A DNA stretch of 64,000 bases from positions 10,326 through 74,325 of the IMG/VR virus record IMGVR_UViG_2974723051_000001; one strand, given 5' to 3'. The notes below the pieces were generated by a model. It searched no databases, was not told the origin of the DNA, and worked only from the letters and a program-made list of their open reading frames with translations. A program made the translations under genes and the position numbers. The DNA is from a virus. Taxonomy: Duplodnaviria; Caudoviricetes. Numbering within the stretch: the stretch's first letter is position 1; every line of letters begins with the position of its first letter. Shown here piece after piece: positions 8,715 through 15,811 of the stretch.

Positions 8715-9143
8715 ATGGCAATCAAAATTCAACTAGTACGTGAAGTAGAGAACTGCCCACCTTTCAAAGAATATAAGGAATCAGTTATTGGTTTCTCATG
8801 GACAACCTTCTTTTTCGGTCCACTACCTAGCGTACTACGTGGTGATTGGTTTAATGCAATCTTACTAATAGTGATTTATATGCTTACTGAATTAGCTGTA
8901 GCACTATCAGTACTCGTATTTGTAGATACTAACTACCTGTACTACACAATGGTAACAGCTCTATTGTTCCGTGTGGCAGTATGGATAGCAGTGGCTGCAA
9001 ATATCAACAGAGCCTACAACCGTAAGCTCGCTAAGACGTGGCATCTAGATTGGGATGAAACCAAGAAGATGAATAACTACGACTACTATGATGAATCCCC
9101 ATTACGTGGTCAGTTAACTCGTCTTGGTTTTTACTTTGTCTAA
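8715..9143 (+). CDS. membrane protein (HrgC/DUF2628-like)
   Basis: GFSWTTFFFG..P..LRGDW motif plus TM helices; AAGGAG RBS. Confidence 0.7.
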   Translation: MAIKIQLVREVENCPPFKEYKESVIGFSWTTFFFGPLPSVLRGDWFNAILLIVIYMLTELAVALSVLVFVDTNYLYYTMVTALLFRVAVWIAVAANINRAYNRKLAKTWHLDWDETKKMNNYDYYDESPLRGQLTRLGFYFV

Positions 9144-9152
9144 GGAAATGAC

Positions 9153-9566
9153 ATGACATTTACACCTTTTAAAATGCATGTGACATTGGATGTATTTATC
9201 CTTTGGCCACTACTTGCACTAGCTCTAGTGTTCCCTACAGTATTCTCTGTAGAAGTTCACGAACACTCTCAGAAACTCCTATCCGCACTTGTATTTGGCT
9301 TGGGTATCATGGCTCTATTTGATATCCCTATGCGTCATATACATGTAGCTCGCTGGATTAAAGCCGGTAAGGAACCAATGACAGATAATCACTACAACTA
9401 TGCGCTGGTAACTAGTGTAATAGAAGCATTGGTTATGTGGCACTTTGGCTGGCAATGGTCAGCAGTTATTTGGATAGGTATTGCGTATAGTTCTGCAATG
9501 TTACATGCATGTCATGTAGCTAAATTTGAAGTACTAAGGAAAACCAATGGAAATCCAAGTAAGTAA
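9153..9566 (+). CDS. multi-pass membrane protein
   Basis: About 4 hydrophobic segments. Confidence 0.7.
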   Translation: MTFTPFKMHVTLDVFILWPLLALALVFPTVFSVEVHEHSQKLLSALVFGLGIMALFDIPMRHIHVARWIKAGKEPMTDNHYNYALVTSVIEALVMWHFGWQWSAVIWIGIAYSSAMLHACHVAKFEVLRKTNGNPSK

Positions 9567-9852
9567 GAAAATGCAACACGTTCACTTCACTATCTCTGGT
9601 CGCAGCGATGGTGGTACTGCTAAAACCACTCACTTAATGGATGCTCATGAAGCATTTGTTAAAGAGTTTGGTGCTAACCAGACAGTATCAATTGTGATTT
9701 ATCTCGAAAGTGGTATTCACAAAGTGAACAAGGGTTCAGCTAAATCAGTGATTTTTGGTTACAAACGAGCTGCTAAGAAACTGGTTGAGTTTGTCCAATC
9801 ACAGGGCAACCCTAACTTTGAAATCAATCTTCAATTCATTAAGGCATTCTAA
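9547..9852 (+). CDS. hypothetical protein
   Basis: AAGGA RBS. Confidence 0.7.
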   Translation: MEIQVSKKMQHVHFTISGRSDGGTAKTTHLMDAHEAFVKEFGANQTVSIVIYLESGIHKVNKGSAKSVIFGYKRAAKKLVEFVQSQGNPNFEINLQFIKAF

Positions 9853-9928
9853 TGCTGTATCTGGATTGGAGACTTGAAAAAGATGCAGCCAGTGCTTGGC
9901 TGCAATTGTTAGTCTACGGGAGAATCCT

Positions 9929-10105
9929 GTGAACGATAACCAAGAATTACAGATGGCAATTGATGTACTAGTCAATGACTTCATTGATTCGGATGCGCCT
10001 AACTACAAAGGCTACCGAGTAGAAGATGAAAAAAGCAATCAACAGTATACGATTGTGGTTCATAAGACTGGTTCGAAATTACCAGATGAAAAGCACTTTA
10101 AGTAA
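9929..10105 (+). CDS. hypothetical protein
   Basis: GGGAG RBS with GTG start at 9929. Confidence 0.55.
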   Translation: MNDNQELQMAIDVLVNDFIDSDAPNYKGYRVEDEKSNQQYTIVVHKTGSKLPDEKHFK

Positions 10106-10120
10106 CAACCTTCGGTTGTT
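10104..10120 (+). promoter_or_regulatory. triloop hairpin, candidate vRNAP-type promoter
   Basis: AACAAC-C-TTC-G-GTTGTT. Confidence 0.5.
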
Positions 10121-10137
10121 GTATTGGAAAAGATAAT

Positions 10138-10160
10138 GGCTCTGTTCTAGAGCCTTTTTT
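10138..10160 (+). terminator. intrinsic terminator
   Basis: GGCTCT-GTTCT-AGAGCC-TTTTTT. Confidence 0.7.
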
Positions 10161-10171
10161 AATTGTAATTG

Positions 10172-10186
10172 GCAACCTTCGGTTGC
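10172..10186 (+). promoter_or_regulatory. triloop hairpin, candidate vRNAP-type promoter
   Basis: GCAAC-C-TTC-G-GTTGC; near copy of 10104-10120. Confidence 0.5.
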
Positions 10187-10221
10187 TGATGTGAAAATCA
10201 AACCATAAAGGAAAAAACAAA

Positions 10222-10830
10222 ATGTCTGAAGTACGTAAAGCTATCACAGCTACTGATAAGTCAACTAAAGCTCTTGGTACAGCGGTTCTATCTCTAAGTA
10301 AGATTGCTGCTGAAATCGAAAAGATGTCTGCTACAGTTCCAGCAATGATTGACGAAATCGGTCTGAAACAAGGTGAGCTTGACTCAATTGCTCAAGAAAC
10401 TGAACTTGCAGCTCGTAACGCTAAAGTAGACCTTGACCTACGTGTGCGTGAAAACGAAGACAAAGTGCTAGCTGACCTGATGAAGAAGCGTGGTTACGCT
10501 ACTATCACTAATGAAGCTGTTGCAACTCTTGAACGTAACCTTGAGACAGCAAACGCTGACAATGCTGCTGAAGTAGCGAAAGCTGTACAAGCTGCGGTTG
10601 CTTCTAAAGTAGCTGAGCATAAAGTTGAAATTGCTGCACTAACTTCTCAGCATGATGTTGCGTCTGCTACTGCTAAAGCTGAAGTTGAAGCTGCGGGTGC
10701 TAAGATTAAGTTCTTGGAAGAGCAGGTTACAAACCTACGCGAAACAATCACTGCTGAACGTGATGCTCGTGTTCAAGAAGCAGAAGCTCGTGCTAAATCA
10801 AATGGCGTTACTGTTAACAACAGTAAGTAA
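10222..10830 (+). CDS. coiled-coil protein
   Basis: Ala/Glu/Lys-rich heptads; strongly biased codon usage. Confidence 0.85.
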   Translation: MSEVRKAITATDKSTKALGTAVLSLSKIAAEIEKMSATVPAMIDEIGLKQGELDSIAQETELAARNAKVDLDLRVRENEDKVLADLMKKRGYATITNEAVATLERNLETANADNAAEVAKAVQAAVASKVAEHKVEIAALTSQHDVASATAKAEVEAAGAKIKFLEEQVTNLRETITAERDARVQEAEARAKSNGVTVNNSK

Positions 10831-10838
10831 GCCAAAAG

Positions 10839-11039
10839 TAAAGGCCATAGTTTTATGGCCTTTATGAGTCTCTTTATGAATACAAGTTATTCATAATAAG
10901 ATTCCTTTCATAATGTCATGTACTGTTACTCTCCAATTGATGGTGACCTTCGGGTTATAAAGAATCGCTGCCAGTTCCACCATCACCTCTCATCATGTAT
11001 GATTATGGAGTGTCAAACAGAGGAGTACACATTATGGAA
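10839..11039 (+). promoter_or_regulatory. structured leader sequestering the start codon of the holin-like gene
   Basis: TTTCATAATG 10906-15 pairs with CATTATGGAA 11030-39; TGTACT/AGTACA; GATGGTG/CACCATC. Confidence 0.6.
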
Positions 11040-11234
11040 ACTATTATGCATTGGTTAGAGATTGCACTTGTTGTAATTGGTTCGTGTTCAGTAATTGTAG
11101 CTGCACTTAAACCAGTAGCTGCGCTAACTGAAACCAAGAAAGATGATGCAGTCTTAGCCAAGGTTGATTCTGTGCTGAATGTGTTTATTAAAGTACTTGA
11201 TAAACTTTCAGTTAATACGAAACCAAAGAAATGA
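11034..11234 (+). CDS. putative holin-like membrane protein
   Basis: GAGGAG RBS; TM helix followed by ALTETKKDD; basic C-terminus; precedes spanin-like pair. Confidence 0.6.
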   Translation: METIMHWLEIALVVIGSCSVIVAALKPVAALTETKKDDAVLAKVDSVLNVFIKVLDKLSVNTKPKK

Positions 11235-11431
11235 AATGGCTAACTGTATTGGGCGAGATAGGCTCGTTCATTCTTAAACACCTAAAACTATCGGAGAAAG
11301 ATAAGTATGAAAAGAACCGTCTTAAGGACTCTTCTTCTGCTGCTGACAGTTTTGAGTCTAAGTTCAACCCTAACGGGTTGCGCAGTGAATCAATGTCAGG
11401 TGACGACTCCGATACTCGTAAACGGAAGTGA
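11231..11431 (+). CDS. putative i-spanin-like small protein
   Basis: ATGA overlap; amphipathic N-terminus; overlaps a lipoprotein ORF in another frame. Confidence 0.5.
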   Translation: MKWLTVLGEIGSFILKHLKLSEKDKYEKNRLKDSSSAADSFESKFNPNGLRSESMSGDDSDTRKRK

Positions 11432-11525
11432 CTACCGTAGAGTAGGTGATGAAATATTCTTACTGCCTGTAGGTACGCAAAGAATTATGGATTATATCCA
11501 TGACTTGGAGCAATGTGCTTACTAG
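11307..11525 (+). CDS. lipoprotein, putative o-spanin (Rz1-like)
   Basis: GGAG RBS; signal peptide with lipobox LTGC; Rz/Rz1-style overlap. Confidence 0.65.
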   Translation: MKRTVLRTLLLLLTVLSLSSTLTGCAVNQCQVTTPILVNGSDYRRVGDEIFLLPVGTQRIMDYIHDLEQCAY

Positions 11526-11554
11526 AGGTGATGGACATGGATTGTCCCTCTTTT

Positions 11555-11968
11555 GTAATGGCTACTTAATATTGTTTGTTTATTAATTATTAATTACCCC
11601 CAATAATTATGTATTGATAGATATCCACTAGGGTTTTATTTTGCCGCACAATATGAAACCGAGTAGCCATTACCGATAGTATTCTCGCTGAGTATTATCG
11701 TACACTCATTGAACCAAGTAATATCAGGCTATCAACCTGACGCTGAGCACTACGCAAGGTGTTGGTTCATTGAGTACAGACCCCGTCCGGAATTCCTAAG
11801 AAAGTTGGACGTTAAGCTACCGTTAGGATGACACTGGGAAAGACTAGCATGTATCTATTAATCAACTGGTGATTAAAGTTATATGTCATTGCCGTGCTAA
11901 TTTTATTGTATGTGATTATACAATCTTACATTCGTCTATTAGGGATTACTTCGGTAATCCCATTTTTT
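11555..11968 (+). ncRNA. candidate structured non-coding RNA(s) A
   Basis: About 410 nt with no ORF in the track; abutting helices incl. 12-bp GTAATGGCTACT/AGTAGCCATTAC, multi-way junction, possible pseudoknot; ends at a UUCG terminator. Confidence 0.5.
11942..11968 (+). terminator. intrinsic terminator
   Basis: GGGATTAC-TTCG-GTAATCCC-ATTTTTT. Confidence 0.8.
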
Positions 11969-11985
11969 ATATCTAAAGGACAGTT

Positions 11986-12312
11986 ATGACTGAACAAGCA
12001 GAACAAAAAGTAGTTACAGTAACTGAAACTACTGACCTTACGGATGAGCAACGTATCACTCTACTAGGTGCTACAGTAATCTTTAATAAGATTGCTCAAG
12101 ACCATCAAGAAGGTGACCAAGTTCTAGTTAACCAAGCATTGTTTGCTTCTACTATTCTTGAGCGTATTGTTGGTGGCTCTATCCCACTAGGTGTGTTCGA
12201 TGACCCTGAATTCATTCTAAATGACTTCAAACAATCATACGAAAACTTCATGGCTCAAAAGCAAATGGAACAAGCTGCTACTACTGAACAAACTTCAGAA
12301 GCAATTAACTAA
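11986..12312 (+). CDS. hypothetical acidic protein
   Basis: AAGGA RBS; phage-typical codon usage. Confidence 0.8.
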   Translation: MTEQAEQKVVTVTETTDLTDEQRITLLGATVIFNKIAQDHQEGDQVLVNQALFASTILERIVGGSIPLGVFDDPEFILNDFKQSYENFMAQKQMEQAATTEQTSEAIN

Positions 12313-12358
12313 TATGGCTGGGGCTAATCGCCCCTGCTTTGGAAAGGGAACCAATCTC

Positions 12359-12835
12359 ATGAAATATCTATTTATCTTGTTGTTACTTATTGGTTTACCC
12401 GCGAAAGCGGAACTGAACTCTGCATGTGCAGACTTAATTGAATCAATGGCTTCGGAGGATGTAGTTGATGAAACTGGTTCGATTTCCCAAGCATATGATT
12501 GCGCACGTGGAAAAGTCACAATCATCGCCAATATTAATGAATCTATTTCTAAAGATACTCTTACACAGTATGCGCCAACATTCGGAGAACAATACTGTCT
12601 AAGTATTTCTAAGAATTATTTATTGGCAGACCCCACTACTGAAAACTGGATAGAGGTAGTATTCCGTGGTGGTGTGAAAACAATTATTAAACATCCTGAA
12701 ATGGAACCAGTAATACATGAGTATGACTTGGATACTTGTCTTCAGTATGTTGAACAAATCCGGGCAGAGATGCCTAAAGATGGATATGAACAGGTCAAGT
12801 TTATCCATCAGTACAAATTAAAAGGTGAGCGCTAG
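12359..12835 (+). CDS. secreted/periplasmic protein with signal peptide
   Basis: Start MKYLFILLLLIGLPAKA (AxA cleavage site), four Cys. Confidence 0.7.
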   Translation: MKYLFILLLLIGLPAKAELNSACADLIESMASEDVVDETGSISQAYDCARGKVTIIANINESISKDTLTQYAPTFGEQYCLSISKNYLLADPTTENWIEVVFRGGVKTIIKHPEMEPVIHEYDLDTCLQYVEQIRAEMPKDGYEQVKFIHQYKLKGER

Positions 12836-12836
12836 C

Positions 12837-13175
12837 TTGCTGTTCTGAAGGTCGCTAGTTAAGTTAAGTTTCCTCATGGCTTACTCGACGTATGGCGACA
12901 TAAAAGAGGGTGTCCCAGCTACAGAACCAGTAATGGTTGGCTGCTTATAGGTTTTCGATTATTCCCCTGTAAGTAGTTTGTGGTAATCCCCGCCTCGGCC
13001 AAAGGAAGTGTGAGATGAAGGGTTTGATTAATGGTCATTCATGGCTCCATTAATCAGCATAAACCTAGTCATTCGTTGGAGACACACAATAACAGTAGCT
13101 ATCACAGCCGATTCCTCCTAATTGGTGATGTGGTCGCAGGGGTACAGGCGTCAGTGTAGAAATACACAGTACCCA
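12837..13175 (+). ncRNA. candidate structured non-coding RNA(s) B
   Basis: No + strand ORF; consecutive helices (TTGCTGTTCTG/CAGAACCAGTAA, GGCTGCTTATAGG/CCTGTAAGTAGTT, GATTAATGG/CCATTAATC, GGGTAC..GTGTA-GAAA-TACAC..GTACCC). Confidence 0.5.
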
Positions 13176-13225
13176 AACTTTCTTCTCTTCTATATACTTT
13201 TTCCGAATTTAATAGGAGACAGTAT

Positions 13226-13366
13226 ATGAAAGAGTGGTATGAAAGTAATATTGCAAGGTGCTTTGAGAGTTGGGTGGAAACCATCCAAACCAATCCCAAA
13301 GAAGCATTAAAGTATATGGCAGATATCCAAGTGTATCGTCAGTTACTCAAGCAACGGACTGCCTAA
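13226..13366 (+). CDS. 46-aa hypothetical protein (MKEWYESNIARC...)
   Basis: AGGAG RBS, followed by a terminator; below ORF-track cutoff. Confidence 0.6.
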   Translation: MKEWYESNIARCFESWVETIQTNPKEALKYMADIQVYRQLLKQRTA

Positions 13367-13387
13367 CTTTCACTGTAAACTATTAAT

Positions 13388-13418
13388 GGGCTACCTACGG
13401 GTAGCCCTTTTTTATTTT
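13388..13418 (+). terminator. intrinsic terminator
   Basis: GGGCTACC-TACG-GGTAGCCC-TTTTTT. Confidence 0.8.
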
Positions 13419-13429
13419 AAGGAACCAGA

Positions 13430-13909
13430 ATGATTAATGTCACATATATGCGTCGAGAAGATGTAGAAGCCATCGTAAAACTACGTGATGAATCCAAGTT
13501 AGGTTGGGCAGAGATATCCCATCAAATGGGTTATTGTAAAGCTTCATGTAGTAAACACTACTACATTCATAAGTCACCGGAACCAAAATGTTACTTCAGT
13601 GATATTGTGGCTGCTATTAAGAAACTTGATATGAGTACTATGTCTACGACAGATGCATATAACATGGCTAAAGCTATGGGTTATCAGGCTTCTCTATTTA
13701 CTTTCCGTGAACGCAAAGAGATTAAACATCTACCTCTCAAACATAGTACTGCCCGTAAACAAATGATTGTTGATAAGGTTATGACAGAAGCTGCTAAAGA
13801 CCCTAGCCAGTCACTCCGTGACTTGGTGTGGAAACACAGCGAGGGTTATGGTTATAATTTTAAACTTAACCTGTTACGTCAACTTCCTGAGATTAAATAT
13901 AATGAGTAG
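13430..13909 (+). CDS. putative helix-turn-helix DNA-binding protein
   Basis: IVKLRDESKLGWAEISHQMGY..ASC..HY HTH-like pattern. Confidence 0.6.
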   Translation: MINVTYMRREDVEAIVKLRDESKLGWAEISHQMGYCKASCSKHYYIHKSPEPKCYFSDIVAAIKKLDMSTMSTTDAYNMAKAMGYQASLFTFRERKEIKHLPLKHSTARKQMIVDKVMTEAAKDPSQSLRDLVWKHSEGYGYNFKLNLLRQLPEIKYNE

Positions 13910-14231
13910 TTTAAATGAACAACATGGTGGAACTCACTACAACATAGGTATTCAACCTATCGAGTATATCCATGCTAACAACTTAAACTTTTTTGAAGGA
14001 AACGCTATCAAGTATATCACCAGACATCGTTCTAAGAATGGTGCTGAAGATTTAAAGAAAGCGATACATTATGCTCAGATGATTCTTGAAATGGACTACG
14101 GAATCAAAAGTAACATCAATTTTGAAAATCCATCGGAAAGCAATCATGCAGCAACTTCTACAAACCCAGTTCAACCCAAACCAGAACTGTATGTGTTCAA
14201 GTACAATCCCGAACATGAATCAATTAGCTAA
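13902..14231 (+). CDS. DUF3310 / T7 gp1.7-like nucleotide kinase family protein
   Basis: GGTHY..IQPIEYI..NNLNFFEGNAIKYITR..KNGAEDLKKAIHY. Confidence 0.8.
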   Translation: MSSLNEQHGGTHYNIGIQPIEYIHANNLNFFEGNAIKYITRHRSKNGAEDLKKAIHYAQMILEMDYGIKSNINFENPSESNHAATSTNPVQPKPELYVFKYNPEHESIS

Positions 14232-14344
14232 ACGCTTTAATCAAGAAACCAAGAGACTAACAGCCGGTACTGGTAGAGTTACCTTGGTTCGAAAGCGAAA
14301 AGCTAAATCTTATTCCCCTATTTTAAATTAAAAGGAACCATCTA

Positions 14345-15157
14345 ATGGTAGCTAAAATTAACCCTTGGTCAGAAGCCCCTGCTGGAACTACACACCGTCA
14401 TCGTCAAACTGGCATGTTCTACAGTGTAAACGAAGCTGGTCAAGTAAGCGTGTATAGCAAACACGGTCAATGGGTAGCATCTAAAGTACAAGCTACATCT
14501 GCAATGCTGGAACCAGCTCCAGCTAAAGAAGAACCAGTACAAGACAATGCTGCACTTCTTAGTTCAATCCTTCGTGCTAAAGGTCTTCCTGAAGAGTTGA
14601 TTTCTAGTCTACTTGATGGTGCTGAAGTCGAACTAATTGACTTATCTGACGAAGAAGACGAACCAACAGAAGAACCAGAGCAATCTGAAGAAGAGATTAT
14701 TGAAAACATTGTTGTTGAAGCACTAATGCGTATGGGTGTTCCAAAAGCAGAAGCACTAAACGCTATTGCTTCGGTACGTGATGAAGAACAAGACGAAGAA
14801 GAAGAAAAGTCTTGTGATTGTCCTTCATGTACTGGTGGCTCTGAAGCTGAACAGCTTAACTATGTTGGTCAGAAGCTTGAAGCAATGCTGACAGCTCTGA
14901 AAGCTAAGTTCGACCTACCTTTCAACGTAGCGTTGGTAATGCAAGACATTGGTTTTGTGAACAAAGCTAAACCAGTAATGATTGACCCAAGTAAGATTTC
15001 TGATAAAGAAATGACACACTTGACTCAGTTCATGAACGAAGGTCTAGCTAAGACATCGGCTTATGCACATCTAAATGAGCAAAGTAAGAATATCATTCAC
15101 GAAATCGTTGTTGGTATTCTTCACCACGGCTACTCAAAAGGCATTGTCCGTTTGTAA
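14345..15157 (+). CDS. hypothetical protein with acidic linker and CxCxxC
   Basis: WSEAPAGTTH N-terminal motif, E/D tracts, CDCPSC. Confidence 0.75.
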   Translation: MVAKINPWSEAPAGTTHRHRQTGMFYSVNEAGQVSVYSKHGQWVASKVQATSAMLEPAPAKEEPVQDNAALLSSILRAKGLPEELISSLLDGAEVELIDLSDEEDEPTEEPEQSEEEIIENIVVEALMRMGVPKAEALNAIASVRDEEQDEEEEKSCDCPSCTGGSEAEQLNYVGQKLEAMLTALKAKFDLPFNVALVMQDIGFVNKAKPVMIDPSKISDKEMTHLTQFMNEGLAKTSAYAHLNEQSKNIIHEIVVGILHHGYSKGIVRL

Positions 15158-15162
15158 TTAAT

Positions 15163-15190
15163 AGGGACTCTTCGTGAGTCCCTTATTTTA
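15163..15190 (+). terminator. intrinsic terminator
   Basis: GGGACTC-TTCGT-GAGTCCC-TTATTTT. Confidence 0.75.
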
Positions 15191-15203
15191 TTTAGGAGTT
15201 CTT

Positions 15204-15665
15204 ATGTTTGATAAACTTCGTAAACGTATGTGGAAAAACATCAGTCAACATATCATAGCTATCACACCTCGTAAGTGTATTGTCACAGTGAAAGACCGTG
15301 TAAATGATATACATCCTCCACTACATAACCATAAGTGTCATCAGAATACTGCATGGCATCTAGCACACAATCCAGAAGTAGTAGCAGTAGGTCGTGGATT
15401 CATCGTAGAGAAAGATGGATATGACAGTATTGTTTGTCACTTCATCTGCTTAGACCAGTGGGGTAACTGGTTCGACCCAACGTTAGGTGTGCAGATTATT
15501 AAGGATGGTAAGTTCTACTTGCTTGAGACTTATACATCTGTAGAACAGTTCAACAGTAATAACTGTGATAAAGAATTGATGGATACCAAACGTAGTATCT
15601 ATAACAGTTTGACAGGTTGGCGTAAGTTCACAATGTGGTTGGACAAGGGTATTCACAGTATCTAA
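15204..15665 (+). CDS. hypothetical protein, possible transglutaminase/papain-like Cys-His-Asp fold
   Basis: KCHQN ... VCHFI ... WFDPT; AGGAG RBS. Confidence 0.6.
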   Translation: MFDKLRKRMWKNISQHIIAITPRKCIVTVKDRVNDIHPPLHNHKCHQNTAWHLAHNPEVVAVGRGFIVEKDGYDSIVCHFICLDQWGNWFDPTLGVQIIKDGKFYLLETYTSVEQFNSNNCDKELMDTKRSIYNSLTGWRKFTMWLDKGIHSI

Positions 15666-15673
15666 ACAAAGAA

Positions 15674-15699
15674 GGGGAACCAATGGTTCCCCTATTTTT
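15674..15699. terminator. bidirectional terminator between convergent units
   Basis: GGGGAACC-AAT-GGTTCCCC with T-run on + and A-rich run upstream. Confidence 0.75.
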
Positions 15700-15700
15700 A

Positions 15701-15781
15701 TTACAACACCATAGTAGTTGCTAGTGCCACCGTGGGACTAAGAACCAACATAAGGCTAGTTATCCATAACATGTTGAACAT
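15701..15781 (-). CDS. 26-aa hydrophobic peptide (MFNMLWITSLMLVLSPTVALATTMVL)
   Basis: Strong AAGGAGAGG RBS on minus strand; stop just before the terminator. Confidence 0.55.
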   Translation of the reverse strand: MFNMLWITSLMLVLSPTVALATTMVL

Positions 15782-15811
15782 AGCACCTCTCCTTAGACGC
15801 TAAGCCTAACA

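Noticed and set aside
9592-9630. P-loop in ISGRSDGGTAKTT
   Set aside because: Spacing does not fit GxxxxGK[ST] and the protein is too short for an NTPase.
11640-11660. TGCCGCACA resembling part of a type I-F CRISPR repeat (possible RNA anti-CRISPR)
   Set aside because: Only 9 nt match; the GGCAG half of the hairpin and the GTTCAC/TTAGAAA ends are absent. No repeat-spacer array seen anywhere.
11555-11673. Retron msr-msd (a1/a2 inverted repeats)
   Set aside because: No reverse transcriptase in the window; kept only as an unassigned structured RNA.
12895-12920. Twister or hammerhead ribozyme (ATAAAAGAGGG, GTCCC)
   Set aside because: Order of conserved elements does not fit and there is no CUGANGA/GAAA core; needs Infernal to exclude fully.
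10830-13430. tRNA or tmRNA genes in the non-coding gaps
   Set aside because: No cloverleaf with a GTTCRA T-loop and acceptor stem found by eye.
14086-14331. ORF overlapping the DUF3310 tail
   Set aside because: Start and RBS ambiguous (14146 possible); cannot decide which frame is real, so not called.
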